Source: Flavobacteriaceae bacterium (GTDB lineage Bacteria; Bacteroidota; Bacteroidia; Flavobacteriales; Flavobacteriaceae). Taken from it: 32,000 bases of DNA. Each line of letters opens with the position of its first letter. The first letter of the stretch is position 1. A program made the translations under genes and the position numbers. Of this stretch, positions 8,030 through 16,527 are shown piece after piece. Under the pieces are notes generated by a model. It saw nothing but the letters and a program-made list of their open reading frames with translations. It did not search any database and was not told the origin of the DNA. The stretch spans positions 1,110,001 through 1,142,000 of the forward strand of contig OZ245049.1 in NCBI GenBank assembly GCA_965224465.1, read 5' to 3'.

Positions 8030-9349
8030 TTACTCAGAAACAACAGGAGTTCCGTACAGGTCAAAATCACCCGCAGAATCAATTTTAATATCAATAAACT
8101 CACCTACTTTGAGGTAATGTAAAGTTGCGTCTACCAATACTTCATTGTCTACATCTGGGGAATCAAATTCGGTACGCCCTACAAAGTAATTTCCATCTTT
8201 TCTATCAAAAATACATCGGAACGTTTGCCCTACTTTTTCTTGGTTTAATTCAAAAGAGATTTGACTTTGAACATCCATCAGTTCCGAAACGCGTCGTTGT
8301 TTTACATCTTCTGGAACATTGTCTTCTAATTCGTATGCACCTGTATTTTCTTCGTGAGAATATGCAAATGCCCCCATACGTTCAAAGCGAGACTCTTGGA
8401 TCCATTGCTTCATTTCTTGAAACTGCTCTTCTGTTTCTCCTGGATAGCCAACAATTAAAGTTGTACGAATAGCCATGTCAGGCACTTGTTTTCTGAATTC
8501 TAAGATTAACTTTCTAGTTTTTTCACTAGTCGTACCTCTTTTCATAGATTTCAACACCTCTGTATTTATATGCTGTAATGGAATGTCTAAATAATTACAC
8601 ACTTTAGGCTCTGTACGCATTACTTCTAGTACATCCAAAGGAAAACCAGTAGGAAAAGCATAATGTAAGCGAATCCATTCAATTCCATCTATCTTAGCCA
8701 ATTTCTTTAACAGCTCTGCTAAAGCTCTTCTTTTGTATATATCAAGGCCATAATACGTTAAATCTTGAGCGATTAAGATTAATTCTTTGATTCCTTTTTT
8801 AGCTAATTTTGTAGCTTCAATTACTAAATCTTCCATTTTAGTAGATACATGTCCTCCACGCATTAATGGAATAGCACAAAAAGAACAAGGTCTATCACAA
8901 CCTTCTGCAATTTTTAAATAGGCATAATGTCTTGGCGTAGTTGTCAAACGCTCTCCTATTAACTCATGTTTATAATCTGCGTCCAACACCTTTAGTAAAC
9001 TAGGTAAATCGTGGGTTCCAAAATACTCATCAACATTCGGTATTTCTTTTTCTAGATCTGGCTTATAGCGTTCACTCAAACAACCAGAAACATAAACTCT
9101 ATCAATTAATCCTTCTTCTTTTTTATTTACATAATGTAAAATAGTATTGATGGATTCTTCTTTGGCATTTCCAATAAAACCACAGGTATTAATTACAACA
9201 ATATTTCCTTCATCATTTTCATCTTCGTGCACTACATTTTTATCATTGGCTTTTAATTGCCCCATTAGGACTTCCGAATCATACACGTTTTTTGAGCAAC
9301 CTAAAGTCACTACATTTATTTTGTTTTTTTTAACTGCTTTTGTACGCAT
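8030..9349 (-). CDS. rimO: Ribosomal protein S12 methylthiotransferase RimO
   Basis: N-terminal MTTase domain INVVTLGCSKNVYDSEVLMGQL (RimO-type LGCxKN), radical-SAM CDRPCSFC and a C-terminal TRAM-like domain. 439 aa fits RimO rather than MiaB. Confidence 0.9.
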   Translation of the reverse strand: MRTKAVKKNKINVVTLGCSKNVYDSEVLMGQLKANDKNVVHEDENDEGNIVVINTCGFIGNAKEESINTILHYVNKKEEGLIDRVYVSGCLSERYKPDLEKEIPNVDEYFGTHDLPSLLKVLDADYKHELIGERLTTTPRHYAYLKIAEGCDRPCSFCAIPLMRGGHVSTKMEDLVIEATKLAKKGIKELILIAQDLTYYGLDIYKRRALAELLKKLAKIDGIEWIRLHYAFPTGFPLDVLEVMRTEPKVCNYLDIPLQHINTEVLKSMKRGTTSEKTRKLILEFRKQVPDMAIRTTLIVGYPGETEEQFQEMKQWIQESRFERMGAFAYSHEENTGAYELEDNVPEDVKQRRVSELMDVQSQISFELNQEKVGQTFRCIFDRKDGNYFVGRTEFDSPDVDNEVLVDATLHYLKVGEFIDIKIDSAGDFDLYGTPVVSE

Positions 9350-9441
9350 TTAGTTTTATTATTGCTTGTTAGTTGATAGTTGTTGGTAAACTATGATTAA
9401 ATTTCAAGATCACACTTTATTCTTTTGACGGTAGCTATTTA

Positions 9442-10395
9442 CTATTTAAAAAAAGAATCTACAAATTCTACTTTATTAAACACTTGTAAGTCGTCTATTC
9501 CTTCTCCTACTCCTATATATTTTACTGGAATATTAAATTGGTCTGAGATACCAATCACCACTCCTCCTTTTGCGGTTCCATCCAATTTAGTCACAGCCAA
9601 TGCGGTTACTTCCGTAGCCAATGTAAACTGTTTGGCTTGTTCAAAAGCATTTTGTCCTGTAGACCCATCAATAACCAATAGAACTTCGTGAGGAGCATCT
9701 GGCACAACCTTTTGCATCACTCGTTTTATTTTTGTCAACTCGGTCATCAAGTTAATTTTGTTGTGTAATCTTCCGGCGGTATCAATAATAACCACATCGG
9801 CATTATTAGCCTTGGCTGATTGTAAGGTATCAAAAGACACAGATGCAGGATCAGACCCCATCTCTTGCCTCACTATAGGAATATCTACTCTGTCTGCCCA
9901 TATTTGTAATTGGTCGATAGCAGCTGCTCTAAACGTATCCGCTGCACCTAAAACAACACTTTTCCCTGCTTTTTTAAACTGTGCTGCCAACTTACCAATA
10001 GTGGTTGTTTTCCCAACACCATTTACTCCAACTACCATTATTACATAAGGCTTATGTGAAGTAGGAATTACAAATTCTGTTTCATTCCCATGATTAGTCT
10101 GAGCTAGTAAACCTGCAATTTCTTCTCGCAATATTGTTTGCAACTCATCCGTTCCTAAATACTTATCCTTGGCAACACGTGCTTCTATACGATCTATAAT
10201 TTTCAACGTTGTATCTACTCCAACATCTGACGAAACAAGGATTTCCTCCAACTCGTCTAATACATCTGCATCTACAGAAGATTTACCAGCAACTGCTTTG
10301 GATAATTTTGAAAAGAACGAAGATTTTGTTTTTTCCAATCCCTTATCCAAGCTCTCTTTTTTTTCTTTTGAAAATAGTTTTTTGAATAAACTCAT
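9442..10395 (-). CDS. ftsY: Signal recognition particle receptor FtsY
   Basis: SRP GTPase NG domain: GVNGVGKTTTIGKLA (G1), DTAGR (G3), TKLDGTAKGG (G4) and the LKTLEEIL-like N domain. Confidence 0.95.
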   Translation of the reverse strand: MSLFKKLFSKEKKESLDKGLEKTKSSFFSKLSKAVAGKSSVDADVLDELEEILVSSDVGVDTTLKIIDRIEARVAKDKYLGTDELQTILREEIAGLLAQTNHGNETEFVIPTSHKPYVIMVVGVNGVGKTTTIGKLAAQFKKAGKSVVLGAADTFRAAAIDQLQIWADRVDIPIVRQEMGSDPASVSFDTLQSAKANNADVVIIDTAGRLHNKINLMTELTKIKRVMQKVVPDAPHEVLLVIDGSTGQNAFEQAKQFTLATEVTALAVTKLDGTAKGGVVIGISDQFNIPVKYIGVGEGIDDLQVFNKVEFVDSFFK

Positions 10396-10504
10396 TTTAC
10401 ACGTTTTTTAAGATAGTGAATGCGGCAAATCACACAAAAATGACTGCCAAAAAGTAGGTCATCAATCCTTCGATGAAACCTGTATTTTTTTTAAATAACT
10501 AACA

Positions 10505-10540
10505 CAGAAAAGCTACTTCCCAATAGAAAGTAGCTTTTGT
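10505..10540 (-). terminator. Rho-independent terminator after the rpmB-rpmG-DUF4295 unit
   Basis: aaaagctactt (10508-10518) pairs perfectly with aagtagctttt (10528-10538). 11-bp stem, 9-nt loop, located 22 bp past the stop at 10562. Confidence 0.6.
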
Positions 10541-10561
10541 ATATATCTTAATAAGTAAGGA

Positions 10562-10714
10562 CTATTTTTTTGCTAAAAAGTCTTTTACTTTTGAAGGATC
10601 CATGATAGCCTCAACAAATGTATAAGCTCCTGATTTTGGAGACTTTACCATTTTTATTGCTTTGGTTAATCTTTTTGCTCCTGTTTGTAACGTTGCTACT
10701 GATTTCTTTGCCAT
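10562..10714 (-). CDS. DUF4295 family small protein (50 aa), absent from the supplied ORF track
   Basis: Manual translation of the minus strand gives MAKKSVATLQTGAKRLTKAIKMVKSPKSGAYTFVEAIMDPSKVKDFLAKK then TAG. The gene starts 7 bp after the rpmG stop. A small basic protein in this position after L28/L33 is the conserved Bacteroidota arrangement. Confidence 0.8.
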   Translation of the reverse strand: MAKKSVATLQTGAKRLTKAIKMVKSPKSGAYTFVEAIMDPSKVKDFLAKK

Positions 10715-10721
10715 GACTTAT

Positions 10722-10907
10722 TTATTTAATTTCTTTATGAACTGTCACTTTTTTCAAAATAGGATTAAATTTTCTAATCTCCATTCTATCTGGTGTATTC
10801 TTCTTGTTCTTAGTGGTGATGTAACGAGAAGTTCCTGCTTTACCAGAAGCTTTATGCTCAGTACACTCCAAAATAACTTGGATTCTATTGCCTTTACCTT
10901 TTGCCAT
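10722..10907 (-). CDS. rpmG: 50S ribosomal protein L33
   Basis: [61 protein letters not shown] is a typical L33 sequence and length. Confidence 0.95.
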   Translation of the reverse strand: MAKGKGNRIQVILECTEHKASGKAGTSRYITTKNKKNTPDRMEIRKFNPILKKVTVHKEIK

Positions 10908-10927
10908 CTTTTATACTTTTAAAACAG

Positions 10928-11167
10928 TTATTGTTTTAAAAAACCATTTTTTCTGGCTTCTTTAACTACTGCTGTAATTCCTAATTTATTGATATTTTTT
11001 AACGCTGATGTAGAAACTTTTAAAGTCACCCATTTATCTTCTTCTGGAAGATAAAAACGCTTCTTAGTTAAGTTAGCATTAAATTTTCTTTTAGTTCTAT
11101 TTAAAGCGTGAGAAACATTGTTCCCAACCATAGCTTTCTTTCCTGTAAGTTCACAAACTCTTGACAT
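10928..11167 (-). CDS. rpmB: 50S ribosomal protein L28
   Basis: MSRVCELTGKKAMVGNNVSHALNRTKRKFNANL is the canonical L28 N-terminus. 79 aa. Confidence 0.95.
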   Translation of the reverse strand: MSRVCELTGKKAMVGNNVSHALNRTKRKFNANLTKKRFYLPEEDKWVTLKVSTSALKNINKLGITAVVKEARKNGFLKQ

Positions 11168-11204
11168 TCTCTTGACAGTTTTATTATTATCTCAAAACGA
11201 GGTG

Positions 11205-11212
11205 CAAATTTA
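11205..11212 (-). promoter_or_regulatory. Bacteroidota-type -7 box for the rpmB-rpmG-DUF4295 unit
   Basis: The minus strand reads TAAATTTG (TAnnTTTG consensus), 38 nt upstream of the rpmB ATG at 11167. Confidence 0.4.
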
Positions 11213-11221
11213 TGGTTTTTT

Positions 11222-12493
11222 TTAAGAAACTACAAGTAAGTTTTCGTCTTTTTTTAAAATTTCTTTTTGAAGCATTTCAAATGCCTTAGTTGCAGCCTTT
11301 AAAATCACCTTTTCTCTTGGTTGTCCGAAATTAAATTCTTCACTATAAACTCCTAACGGAGTGCTTATTGCAATACACACAACACCTACACTCTTATCAG
11401 TATCATCTGTAGTTGGTCCTGCATTACCTGTAGTAGCTATTGCAAAATCAGATTTGAATTTTTCTCTAATTCCACATGCCATTGCCTCGGCAACTTGGCA
11501 ACTTACTACCGAATATTCCTCAATTAAATGTTTTGAAACCTTTAATTCACGTATTTTTATTTCGGATGTATACGCTATTACAGAGCCCAAATAATAGTTA
11601 GAGGCTCCAGATTGAGCCGTTATCATTTGCGCAATTTGACCTCCAGTACAACTCTCCGCAGTCACTAAAGTTTGCTTATTCTGCGTCAATAATTTAGCCA
11701 CGGAAGCCTCAATAGATCCAGCTTCTTCAAAACCAACAAAAATATCCCCTAGCAATGGCACTAATTTCTCTAATTGAGAATTCACCATTTTTTCAACAGC
11801 TTCTTTATCGTTACTTTTTGCTGACAATCGCAATCTCAACACTCCAAAACTTGGTAAATATGCCAATTTTATCCCTGAAGGAAGTTGGTCTTCCCAGTCA
11901 GAAATCAGCGCTGCAACTTTACTCTCCCCCATACCATAAGTCATTAATGTCCTATGCACTATATAAGGCATCCTATAAGTCTCTTTCAGCTTCGGAATCA
12001 CTTTATGCGTCATCAAACCTTTCATCTCTGCAGGAACCCCTGGCAAAGCAATAATTATCTGATGGCAATTAGAAATCCAAATACCTGGCGCAGTTCCTAA
12101 TTGATTTACTAAAGCTATGGCGTTTACAGGAATCAACGCTTGATTCCTATTCACTTCCGTAAACTCATAGTTGTATTTTTCAAACAGCGCTTTATTGGAA
12201 GCCAATACATCTTGGTCCAAACGCATTTTTCGATTAAAGTAGCTACAAATAGCATCTTTGGTAATATCGTCTTTGGTAGGGCCTAATCCTCCTGTCAGAA
12301 TAATTATTTGAACAGCACTATCAATAGCGTCACCGATTGCTTTTTCTATCTCTTTTTTACCATCTTGGATGCTGGTTATTTGATGAACAGACACTCCTAT
12401 TTTATTCAATTCCTGAGCAATCCATTGTGAATTTGTATCTACAATTTGACCAATGAGTATTTCATCACCTATGGTAATAATTTCTGCATTCAT
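11222..12493 (-). CDS. cinA: Competence/damage-inducible protein CinA (MoCF-binding domain + nicotinamide-nucleotide amidohydrolase PncC domain)
   Basis: N-terminus MNAEIITIGDEILIGQIVDTNSQWIAQEL...LTGGLGPTKDDITK (MoCF-binding domain). C-terminal PncC-like TAESCTGGQIA motif. Confidence 0.9.
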   Translation of the reverse strand: MNAEIITIGDEILIGQIVDTNSQWIAQELNKIGVSVHQITSIQDGKKEIEKAIGDAIDSAVQIIILTGGLGPTKDDITKDAICSYFNRKMRLDQDVLASNKALFEKYNYEFTEVNRNQALIPVNAIALVNQLGTAPGIWISNCHQIIIALPGVPAEMKGLMTHKVIPKLKETYRMPYIVHRTLMTYGMGESKVAALISDWEDQLPSGIKLAYLPSFGVLRLRLSAKSNDKEAVEKMVNSQLEKLVPLLGDIFVGFEEAGSIEASVAKLLTQNKQTLVTAESCTGGQIAQMITAQSGASNYYLGSVIAYTSEIKIRELKVSKHLIEEYSVVSCQVAEAMACGIREKFKSDFAIATTGNAGPTTDDTDKSVGVVCIAISTPLGVYSEEFNFGQPREKVILKAATKAFEMLQKEILKKDENLLVVS

Positions 12494-12548
12494 TCCTGTA
12501 TAAATTCTTTTTTAGTAACATTTAAAATCAGTTGAACAACACTTCTTT

Positions 12549-13157
12549 TTACTTGATTTTTATTTTAAAATTTTCGATGCCTTCCAAGACACCAATTAAA
12601 ACATCATTTTCAGCAACTTTCCCTACACCTGCAGGAGTCCCCGTAAAAATAATATCTCCTTTTTTTAATGTAAAATACTTTGAAACATAGGCAATTAACT
12701 CATCAAACCCCCAAAGCATTTTTTTTGTATTTCCATGCTGGACAAGCGTTTCGTTTTTCAGTAATTTAAAATCTATATTATTTAAATCAAAAGATTCTTT
12801 AGAAACAAATGTCCCTACAACGGCACTACCATCAAATGCTTTCGCTTTTTCCCAAGGCAACCCTTTTTCTTTGCATTGTCTTTGAATATCTCTTGCAGTA
12901 AAGTCAATTCCCAATGCAATTTCATCATAATATTTATGTGCAAACTTAGTATCTATACACTTTCCTACCTTGTTTATTTTCAACAGCACTTCCACCTCAA
13001 ACTGAATATCATTTGAAAAAGAAGGTCTAAAAAACGGCATTTTTTTTAGCAAAATCGCAGAATCAGGCTTTAAAAATACGACAGGACTCTCTGGGCGCTC
13101 ATTGGCTAATTCTTCTATATGTTCCGTATAATTACGGCCGATGCAAATTATTTTCAT
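12549..13157 (-). CDS. Fumarylacetoacetate hydrolase (FAH) family protein
   Basis: MKIICIGRNYTEHIEELANERPESPVVFLKP..., DFTARDIQ and the C-terminal GDIIFTGTPAGVG are hallmarks of the short FAH / 2-keto-4-pentenoate hydratase-like family. Confidence 0.85.
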   Translation of the reverse strand: MKIICIGRNYTEHIEELANERPESPVVFLKPDSAILLKKMPFFRPSFSNDIQFEVEVLLKINKVGKCIDTKFAHKYYDEIALGIDFTARDIQRQCKEKGLPWEKAKAFDGSAVVGTFVSKESFDLNNIDFKLLKNETLVQHGNTKKMLWGFDELIAYVSKYFTLKKGDIIFTGTPAGVGKVAENDVLIGVLEGIENFKIKIK

Positions 13158-13168
13158 AGTCTATAATT

Positions 13169-14008
13169 TTATGGAATCCATTTTCTTTCAAAATTAGGTT
13201 TTCTTTTTTCTAAAAACGCATTTCTTCCTTCTTTAGCCTCTTCAGTCATATAAGCCAAACGCGTTGCTTCACCTGCAAATATTTGTTGTCCTACCATACC
13301 ATCATCGGTCAAATTCATAGCAAACTTTAGCATTTTTATTGACATTGGAGATTTCGCTAATATTTCTTGTGCCCATTCATAAGCAGTTGCTTCCAGCTCA
13401 TCATGAGGAACTACGGCATTTACCATTCCCATATCAAACGCCTCTTGTGCAGAATAATTACGTCCTAAAAAGAAGATCTCTCTTGCTTTTTTCTGACCAA
13501 CCATCTTTGCTAAATAAGCAGAGCCATACCCACCGTCAAAACTAGTAACATCAGCATCTGTTTGTTTAAAAATAGCATGTTCTTTACTCGCTAATGTCAA
13601 ATCACAAATTACATGTAAACTATGACCTCCACCTACTGCCCATCCTGGCACTACCGCAATTACAACTTTAGTCATAAAGCGAATCAAGCGTTGTACCTCT
13701 AAAATATTCAATCGATGCATTCCATCTTCTCCTACATATCCTTTATTTCCACGTGCACGCTGATCTCCACCGCTACAAAACGAGTAGACTCCATCTTTTG
13801 GAGAAGGTCCTTCTGCCGATAATAACACCACCCCTATAGAGGTATCTTCTTGTGCATCATAAAAAGCTTCGTACAATTCGCTTGTAGTTTTTGGACGAAA
13901 TGCATTGCGTACTTCAGGTCTATTAAAAGCAATACGCGCCACTCCATTGCATTTTTTATAGGTGATATCCGTATATTCCTTGACGGTTATCCAATTCAAT
14001 TCTTCCAT
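13169..14008 (-). CDS. menB: 1,4-dihydroxy-2-naphthoyl-CoA synthase
   Basis: Crotonase fold with MenB-specific stretches: ARIAFNRPEVRNAFRP, FCSGGDQ, GWAVGGGHSLHVICDLTLAS and the C-terminal EGRNAFLEKRKPNF. Confidence 0.95.
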   Translation of the reverse strand: MEELNWITVKEYTDITYKKCNGVARIAFNRPEVRNAFRPKTTSELYEAFYDAQEDTSIGVVLLSAEGPSPKDGVYSFCSGGDQRARGNKGYVGEDGMHRLNILEVQRLIRFMTKVVIAVVPGWAVGGGHSLHVICDLTLASKEHAIFKQTDADVTSFDGGYGSAYLAKMVGQKKAREIFFLGRNYSAQEAFDMGMVNAVVPHDELEATAYEWAQEILAKSPMSIKMLKFAMNLTDDGMVGQQIFAGEATRLAYMTEEAKEGRNAFLEKRKPNFERKWIP

Positions 14009-14187
14009 AAAATTTGGTTGTTATTATTATGACGTAAAGATAATGCTAAATTTTGTAAATTTGCATTCAACTTTCCGACATAATAAAGGAAACGTTTTTT
14101 GATCCTAAAAAATAATAGTTTAAATATGGTTTCAATTACTTAGGACATACACGTTTTAAATTAGTAACGAATAGCAGTATCACATTT

Positions 14188-16527
14188 ATGAAAATCATCA
14201 CAAACCAATACGACAATCACGAGTTGCCCTTTAAAATTAAAATTAGTTTTCAAACTATTTTTGATTATTTAGAGGAAAGCGGTCGCTACGATTTGATTCG
14301 AAAACTTGATCATATCCCTGCTCTCAAAGAAGGTTTTGACGACCTTAGCTTGCTTCAAACATACAAAGTCGAAATAGAACAATTATTAGAAACATTGTTC
14401 CCTTCTCCTTTGCAACAAAACGAAATAAAATCGGTGAGCATTCCTTTTAATTTCACCTCGTTTAAATTTACCAAACGTTTTTTACAAATTTTAGAAGATG
14501 CAGGAGATGATTACGAATTAAGATTTAGAGATTTTGACGAAACCAAAATCTATATTTTAGCATGTACTTTTATACTTAAATCTTGTTACGGGTACACCTT
14601 GGATTTTAAACGTCCATTTTTCTTTGATATTCCAAATATAAAAACTGGTGAACTAAAACATTATCGCACCTTAATTAATGCTGATTTTATGAGCGTCAAA
14701 AAATTGGATACGGCTCCCGAAATAACAGAAGAAGATTATTTTCAACTGCTCGATAATTTTGACAATATAGCGCTCTGGAAAGAAAAATTTCCTTTAAATA
14801 GTTATGAGTTAAAAGGTTTTGGCGTCATGAATCTATTTGACGTAACGCAAGATGAAATCTTAACAAACCTAAAGGATAATTTATTAGCAAAAAATAAAAA
14901 CTCGTTCTCTAACCTCCAACAAAATATTGCAAACCTATTAGGAGACCCTTCCATACAATTTGGTTTCTCCACCTACAACAAAGACTGTAACGCCCCAAAA
15001 TCAAAAGATAGATACACATATAATAGCTTTATTTTAGAACAAGGAGAACTCCTAGACTGCTCCAATTTCTTTTGTAACAACATTATTCATCAATTGTTTG
15101 TCCTGCATCAACTCATTGCCATTTCTGATTTGGACATCTATGGAAAAAAAACAAAACGCAATGGCTTTTACAAGCATTTAACCAAGCAAGGGATCAAGAG
15201 TATCATTTTAGTTCCTTTTGAAATGAACAGCGATACGTTTGGAATTATGGAACTTGTATCTACTAAAAAACACATTTTAAATTCGGTTTCTGCCTATAAA
15301 CTTAAGGATGTAATTCCTTCATTTTCTATTGCCATTCAAAATTACACAGAAGCCTATCAAAACAATTTAGAAGCTATTATTCAACGATTTTACACCGCTA
15401 TTCACCCCACGGTAAACTGGCGATTTTACAATGCGGCTAACACTTACTTAAAACATCTTGAAAAAAATGAAAGCATCCCTATAATTGAGGATATTATCTT
15501 TGAAGATGTCATACCTCTATATGGACAAGTAGATATTAAAGGATCCTCCATTGCACGAAATACTGCCATCAAACAGGATCTAATGTACCAATTAGAATTG
15601 GCTGAAGATGTAATGGCAACTGCATACGAAGACCAAAAGTTAACCATTTATAACGAACATCAATTTAGAATACAACAACAGTTAAAAAATCTAAAAAAGT
15701 CTTTAAAAACTGGTGATGAAATTAGCATTACCAATTTCTTAAAAAAAGACATTTACCCCTATTTTAAACATCTAAAAACAATCAACAAAACACTCAAAGA
15801 CAAGGTAGAGTTTTATGAAGATAAAATAGATGACAAGCTTCAAGTAGTCTATGACAAACGTTTTAAATACGAGCAGAGCGTTACCCTTATCAATAAAAAA
15901 CTAGCTCATTTTATAGATACCAAGCAAGTATCTGCTCAAAAAATGTTCCCTCATTATTTTGAACGTTTTAAAACAGATGGAATAGAGTTTAACATGTACA
16001 TTGGACAATCATTGGTGCAGTCAGAGGTATACAACGAGGTACATTTGAACAATTTACGTCTGTGGCAATTACAAATTATGTGCGAAATGGAAAACATCGT
16101 ACGATCCATACAGCATAAACTAGAGCATCCTCTACAGGTTGCATCACTTATACTAGTGCAAAGTAACTCTATGGCTATAAAATTCAGAATGGATGAAAAA
16201 CAGTTTGACGTAGATGGCGCCTATAACATTCGGTACGAAATCATCAAAAAACGTATAGACAAAGCCCTGATACGAAACACACGAGAACGCTTGACAAAAT
16301 CTGGACATATTGCGATTGTGTACACTACAAAAAAAGACGCAGACGAATATATAAAATACATCGACTTTTTAAAAAGTAAAGGGTATTTAATAGGGAATGT
16401 TGAAATGTTAGAATTACAAGATTTACAAGGAATCTCCGGGCTCAAAGCGTTGCGTGTCCAAGTAAACTACGTAAAAGAAAACAAAACAATCTCCTTTAAA
16501 GACATTCTGGAAGTTTTAAAAAACTAG
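14188..16527 (+). CDS. Large conserved protein (779 aa), probable central GAF-like domain, function unknown
   Basis: Long uninterrupted ORF with the same AT-rich codon style as its neighbours. Residues about 225-385 end in a GAF-like pattern (GIKSIILVPFEMNSDTFGIMELVSTKK...VIPSFSIAIQNY). The rest has no motif I can name. Confidence 0.55.
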   Translation: MKIITNQYDNHELPFKIKISFQTIFDYLEESGRYDLIRKLDHIPALKEGFDDLSLLQTYKVEIEQLLETLFPSPLQQNEIKSVSIPFNFTSFKFTKRFLQILEDAGDDYELRFRDFDETKIYILACTFILKSCYGYTLDFKRPFFFDIPNIKTGELKHYRTLINADFMSVKKLDTAPEITEEDYFQLLDNFDNIALWKEKFPLNSYELKGFGVMNLFDVTQDEILTNLKDNLLAKNKNSFSNLQQNIANLLGDPSIQFGFSTYNKDCNAPKSKDRYTYNSFILEQGELLDCSNFFCNNIIHQLFVLHQLIAISDLDIYGKKTKRNGFYKHLTKQGIKSIILVPFEMNSDTFGIMELVSTKKHILNSVSAYKLKDVIPSFSIAIQNYTEAYQNNLEAIIQRFYTAIHPTVNWRFYNAANTYLKHLEKNESIPIIEDIIFEDVIPLYGQVDIKGSSIARNTAIKQDLMYQLELAEDVMATAYEDQKLTIYNEHQFRIQQQLKNLKKSLKTGDEISITNFLKKDIYPYFKHLKTINKTLKDKVEFYEDKIDDKLQVVYDKRFKYEQSVTLINKKLAHFIDTKQVSAQKMFPHYFERFKTDGIEFNMYIGQSLVQSEVYNEVHLNNLRLWQLQIMCEMENIVRSIQHKLEHPLQVASLILVQSNSMAIKFRMDEKQFDVDGAYNIRYEIIKKRIDKALIRNTRERLTKSGHIAIVYTTKKDADEYIKYIDFLKSKGYLIGNVEMLELQDLQGISGLKALRVQVNYVKENKTISFKDILEVLKN

